Source: Thermoanaerobaculia bacterium (GTDB lineage: Bacteria > Acidobacteriota > Thermoanaerobaculia > Multivoradales > Multivoraceae). From it: DNA of 64,000 bases. Positions 59,517-64,000 of this stretch are shown here, piece after piece. Position 1 is the first letter of the stretch; the number at the start of each line of letters is the position of its first letter. The stretch spans positions 32,001 to 96,000 of the forward strand of contig OY761158.1 in NCBI GenBank assembly GCA_963664405.1. The letters are read 5' to 3'. The notes beneath the pieces were generated by a model. The model made no database searches. It had not been told where the DNA came from and was given only the letters and a program-made list of their open reading frames with translations. A program made the translations under genes and the position numbers.

Positions 59517-61580
59517 CTACCCTCCCGTCAGCCGCTGCGCATCCCGCTCTTCGATACGCTCTTCCAATGCCTCGCGGAAGCGCGACCAGCTCGCGTCGAT
59601 CGGTGATCTCGCCATCGCTCGCGCGTCTTCTCGAGCTCGCTCCAGCCACTCTAGGTCGCGGCCGAGATCGGCACAGCGCAGGCGCGGCAGGCCGGATTGG
59701 CGCCAACCCTCGAGATCCCCTGAGCCCCGTTGAGCGAGATCGGCCTCGGCGATCTCGAACCCGTCCAGGGTCGACTCAAAGATCTCGAGCCGTCGTCGAG
59801 CGTCGGCGCTCAGTGTTCCGTGGAGGGCGACACAGAAGGCCGGTTCGCGCCCCCGTCCGACCCGCCCCCGCAACTGGTGCAACTGAGCCATGCCGAATCT
59901 CTCGGCGCTCTCGATAATCATGAAGCGGGCGTCGGGAACGTCGACCCCGACCTCGATTACGGTCGTCGCCAGTAGCACCTGTACCTCTCCCTTGACGAAT
60001 CGGGCCATCCTCTCTTCGCGCAGCTCGCGGTCGAGACGGCCATGCACCAGCGCCACGCTGCAGTCGCTCAGCCACTTCCTCACCTCGCGCCCCTCTCGCT
60101 CGAGGGCGGCAACCTCCAACTGCTCGTTGGCCTCGATGAAGGGAAGTACGACAAAGGCCTGCCCGCCGTCCTGCAGCGTTCGAGCCAGCGACTCGTACAC
60201 CTTCTTCCTCCGAGCCCGGGGCAGGACCGCGGTCTGAAGCTCACCCCGCCCGGGTGGCATTTCGTCGATCACCGAGCAGTCGAGATCGCCAAAGACAGTA
60301 AGGGCGAGGGAGCGCGGAATCGGGGTCGCCGTCATGACCAGGAGATCAGGAAGGGTTCCTTTTGCCAACAGCCGCTGGCGCTGGGTGACGCCAAAACGGT
60401 GCTGCTCGTCGATAATCACGAGCCCGAGGCGCCGAAAAGTCAGTGAATCTTGGAAGAGAGCGTGAGTACCCACCGCAACATCCACCTCTCCTGCGGCCAG
60501 AGCCTCGAGGGCGTGACGATTCGCGGCGCTGAAGAGCTCCACTCGACACCTATCTCCGAGCAGGCCCTGGAGGCTCCTGAACTGCTGCTCGGCAAGGATC
60601 TCGGTTGGCGCCATCAGCGCTCCCTGGAGGCCATTCTCGACAGCCGCGACCAGAGCCAGCGCAGCAACGATGGTCTTGCCGCAGCCGACGTCTCCCTGCA
60701 ACAGGCGCTGCATCGGCGCGGGCTTGCCCAGATCGCGAAGGATCTCCTCCAACACTCGCTCTTGAGCGCTGGTAAGAGCGAAAGGAGGTACCTGCGCGAG
60801 AATCTTCCTCAAGCCGCCCCCGAGATCGTATCGGTGAGGCTTTTCTGCCGGCAGATGCCGTGAGCGCGCCAGCTCGATCCGACCGCGAATTTCGAGCAGC
60901 TCGCCGTAGGCGAGCCGGAGATGGAACGGACTCGTGCCCGCCTGCAGAGTGTCGAAGTCGACAGTCTCTCCGGGCCGGTGGAGCCCGTAGAGAGAGGCAG
61001 CCAGCGTCGGTAGGCCGTAGCTTTCGAGCAGTTGCGGGGGAAGTGCGTCCTCGAACACCGCCTCGAGATCCAAGTCGTCGAGAAGCCCTCCGACCAGCGA
61101 GCGGAGCCGGCGCGAGCTCAAGCCTGGCAGCGATGGATAGACTGGAACTATCTCTTTCGTCGCGACCGCCATCGGCTCCCAGCTGGGGTTTAGCATCTCG
61201 AGATCACCGCTTTTGGTACGACGGACCTCGCCGTAGAGCAGAACCTCGGCTTTCTCCTGGATCTGCTGCAGGAGATAGGGCTGGTTGAACCAGACAACTG
61301 CCAGGCGTCCCTGATCATCGGCAAGCTGGCCGCGAATGATCCGCAGGCCTCGGCGTCGAGTGAACACTCTGCGCAGGCCCTCGAGGCGGCCTACCACCGC
61401 GAAACGGCCGGTATCCTGCAGCGCCTCGGGAGAGACTATCTGCCGCCGATCCTCGTAGGCCGAGGGCAAATGGAGGAGTAGGTCCTGGACGCGGTGGTAA
61501 CCAGCCTCGGCAAGAGCCGCGAGACGCTTCGGTCCGATTCCCGGGAGAGAGGCGACAGACGCGCTGCCGGGCTGATCCAC
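59517..61580 (-). CDS. recG: ATP-dependent DNA helicase RecG
   Basis: RLLQGDVGCGKT, DEQHRFG, TATPIPR, QLRGRVGR. Confidence 0.97.
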   Translation of the reverse strand: MDQPGSASVASLPGIGPKRLAALAEAGYHRVQDLLLHLPSAYEDRRQIVSPEALQDTGRFAVVGRLEGLRRVFTRRRGLRIIRGQLADDQGRLAVVWFNQPYLLQQIQEKAEVLLYGEVRRTKSGDLEMLNPSWEPMAVATKEIVPVYPSLPGLSSRRLRSLVGGLLDDLDLEAVFEDALPPQLLESYGLPTLAASLYGLHRPGETVDFDTLQAGTSPFHLRLAYGELLEIRGRIELARSRHLPAEKPHRYDLGGGLRKILAQVPPFALTSAQERVLEEILRDLGKPAPMQRLLQGDVGCGKTIVAALALVAAVENGLQGALMAPTEILAEQQFRSLQGLLGDRCRVELFSAANRHALEALAAGEVDVAVGTHALFQDSLTFRRLGLVIIDEQHRFGVTQRQRLLAKGTLPDLLVMTATPIPRSLALTVFGDLDCSVIDEMPPGRGELQTAVLPRARRKKVYESLARTLQDGGQAFVVLPFIEANEQLEVAALEREGREVRKWLSDCSVALVHGRLDRELREERMARFVKGEVQVLLATTVIEVGVDVPDARFMIIESAERFGMAQLHQLRGRVGRGREPAFCVALHGTLSADARRRLEIFESTLDGFEIAEADLAQRGSGDLEGWRQSGLPRLRCADLGRDLEWLERAREDARAMARSPIDASWSRFREALEERIEERDAQRLTGG

Positions 61581-62368
61581 TAATTGCCTGGGTGAAAGAT
61601 CAATCGCACGAGGCCGAAGCCGAGCAGGTCTCCCTCCTGCAGGGCGACAGGTACTCCTGTCTCGAGCCGAGTGTCGTTGACGAAAGTGCCGTTCGACGTC
61701 CCGATCTCCTCGCGAAGAAAGAACTTCCGTCCCCGGTGGTAGATCTTGGCGTGGGCGCGGCTGGTGGTTCGCTGCGTATCCACTTCGGTGAGATCGATAT
61801 CGGGATCGATGCCGGTGACCGGATCCTTGCGACCCACCGTCGTCTCGCTCCCGGCCGACAGATAGAACTCCGTCGCCCCGTCCTGTGATAGAAGGCGCGC
61901 GAGAGAGCTCGGCCCAGCCGCCCTGCCGACTCTAGGAGCGGACCCACTGCCGATTCGAGGCCTCGGAGCCTCACGGGCAATCCGATCCATCTCGGTTTCC
62001 AAGAGGCGCACCCGAGTCGACATCTTGCGCATCATTCGAACCGGGATCTCCGGGTTGTCCTTCAGCATCTGATCGAAAGTCGAGGAGCTCACACTCAGCA
62101 CGCTCGTCTTGTCGATGGCTCGAATCGTAGCGATCCGCGGTAGCCCCTCGAGGATCGCCATCTCCCCGAAAAAGTCGCCCTTTTCGAGCACGGCCAAGCG
62201 AGATTCATCGCCGCCTATTTGCTTGATGACTTCGACGCGGCCGGTCTGAATAATGAACATCTCGTCGCCAGGATCGCCTTCGGCGAAGATCACTTCGCCT
62301 TTGTCGAACTCGGCCAGCGAAGCGGGCTCCCCCTTCTTGGCAGTCGTTCTGAATACGGTCTTTCCCAT
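61580..62368 (-). CDS. Cyclic-nucleotide-binding + FHA domain protein
   Basis: GDFFGEMA...PR; VGR...SRAH...SNGTFVN. Confidence 0.88.
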   Translation of the reverse strand: MGKTVFRTTAKKGEPASLAEFDKGEVIFAEGDPGDEMFIIQTGRVEVIKQIGGDESRLAVLEKGDFFGEMAILEGLPRIATIRAIDKTSVLSVSSSTFDQMLKDNPEIPVRMMRKMSTRVRLLETEMDRIAREAPRPRIGSGSAPRVGRAAGPSSLARLLSQDGATEFYLSAGSETTVGRKDPVTGIDPDIDLTEVDTQRTTSRAHAKIYHRGRKFFLREEIGTSNGTFVNDTRLETGVPVALQEGDLLGFGLVRLIFHPGN

Positions 62369-62388
62369 CTTTCACCGCTCCCGATACT

Positions 62389-63291
62389 TCACTCGTCCCC
62401 CAGAACGAGGAGCTCGCCAGCACCGGGGACGAGCCGGACTCGAGCCCCCAGTGGCAGAGTGAGATTGGGCGCTCCGTGACCGCTTTGGATACCCCAAGCG
62501 AGCGCAGCTGGACGCGACTCTCCAGGCAAGCGTAGCCGAGCCCGGGTCAGGCCTGCCCCACCCGTTGAGTCAACCGCCTCTAAGTGCCCAAATACCATGG
62601 CTTTGACGCCATCGAGCGTACCTGAGAGGTGGAGGTGGGTCAACATTCGGTCAAGCCGGTAGAACGGCTCGTTCACGTCCTCTAGAAAGAGGATAGAGCC
62701 ACTGAGGTCTGGACAGTACGGAGTACCGAGAACACTGGTGAGCAACGACAGGCAACCGCCGCGTAGGATCCCTTCGACGACCTCGCCCTGCTCCGCGATG
62801 TTACAGGCAAGCCTGCGCTCGATTCGCCCCTCGAGCGCAGAGAGCAAGGAGCTTCGCTCGACTGGAGCCAGCGGCCGTGCCAAATCGGTGGCGACCATGG
62901 GGCCATGAAAACAAATGAGGTCGAGACGGCGGACTACCTCGTTGAGGAGAGGTGTCAGGTCCGAATATCCGACATAGGCCTTGGGGTGGGCAGCCATAAG
63001 TTCCCAGTCGAGATCCGGCAACGAGCGGAGCAGACCATGTCCCCCACGGGCGAAGAGAATGGCTTTGACCTCGGCAGCCGCCACCAACTCGTGGAAACCC
63101 GCCAGCTGCTCGCCGGAGTCACCGATGGAGCCGCTCTCTACCAGGCGCAGATTGCTTGCGAGACGAGTCTCGAAGCCGATCTCACGAAGCTGAGCGAGGC
63201 CGCACGCCAGTGCCGCCGGGTCGGGAGGACTGGAAAGGGCGGCCACCCCCACCACGTCTCCCACTCCAACAGAGGGAGGTCTAGACGCCAT
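62389..63291 (-). CDS. LD-carboxypeptidase (peptidase S66)
   Basis: ARGG.G, GYSDLT, FLEDVNE, GH. Confidence 0.9.
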   Translation of the reverse strand: MASRPPSVGVGDVVGVAALSSPPDPAALACGLAQLREIGFETRLASNLRLVESGSIGDSGEQLAGFHELVAAAEVKAILFARGGHGLLRSLPDLDWELMAAHPKAYVGYSDLTPLLNEVVRRLDLICFHGPMVATDLARPLAPVERSSLLSALEGRIERRLACNIAEQGEVVEGILRGGCLSLLTSVLGTPYCPDLSGSILFLEDVNEPFYRLDRMLTHLHLSGTLDGVKAMVFGHLEAVDSTGGAGLTRARLRLPGESRPAALAWGIQSGHGAPNLTLPLGARVRLVPGAGELLVLGDE

Positions 63292-63313
63292 CTTTCACCT
63301 GGGAATCAAAAGA

Positions 63314-63703
<390 letters not shown>

Positions 63704-63718
63704 CCGGCCTAGTCTACT

Positions 63719-64000
63719 TCAGCGGCCGCGCCGAAACAGCTTGGTGAAGGTCGGAAACATGCCTTCCGGCTCTTCCTCGGCACTTTCTTCGCCCCGCCTG
63801 GGTTTCTTCGCCGCCCTGGCCGAGGCTTTCGCCCTTGCCTGCTTCTCCTGCTTCTTTCTCTTCTTCCCCTTAGGATCCTCTAGATCTGCGAGGGCCTCCT
63901 GGGCGTCCTCGAGGTCCGGCCGCAACTCCAGAGCAGCTCGATACTGCACCATCGCCTGTCTTTCATCGCCACTTTCCTCCAACACCTGACCGAAGGACAG
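63719..64000 (-). CDS. TPR protein, C-terminal part (runs off the window)
   Basis: A..QYRAALELRPD TPR-like motif. Confidence 0.6.
   Translation of the reverse strand: MSFGQVLEESGDERQAMVQYRAALELRPDLEDAQEALADLEDPKGKKRKKQEKQARAKASARAAKKPRRGEESAEEEPEGMFPTFTKLFRRGR

Overview
GC-rich bacterial window; gene content (PD40/TolB-propeller Ser/Thr receptor kinases, FHA proteins, FecR/DUF6600-like protein) suggests Acidobacteriota, which is an inference. About 1-22.5 kb is accessory DNA. It holds two inverted 2597-bp copies of a tyrosine recombinase + IS91-type transposase element around co-oriented genes separated by a recurring palindromic TGTCG-N17-CGACA site, a decayed tRNA-Leu 3' end, and GGDEF/EAL genes. 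One of those genes is split by nested IS30/IS3/IS30, and a four-ORF IS21-like element follows. About 22.5-64 kb is mostly core genome (tRNA-Cys, 2x tRNA-Gly, cysS, def, thiE, acpS, lspA, ald, hemE, scpAB, recG, rnpB) with one ISAzo13 element and two related long palindromic elements. The best candidate for an undescribed system is a possible integron-like cassette array of receptor-kinase and secreted-protein genes tied to the recombinase-IS91 elements; a transcription-factor or ECF-sigma regulon is the main alternative. All calls come from reading motifs by eye; no database search was run.
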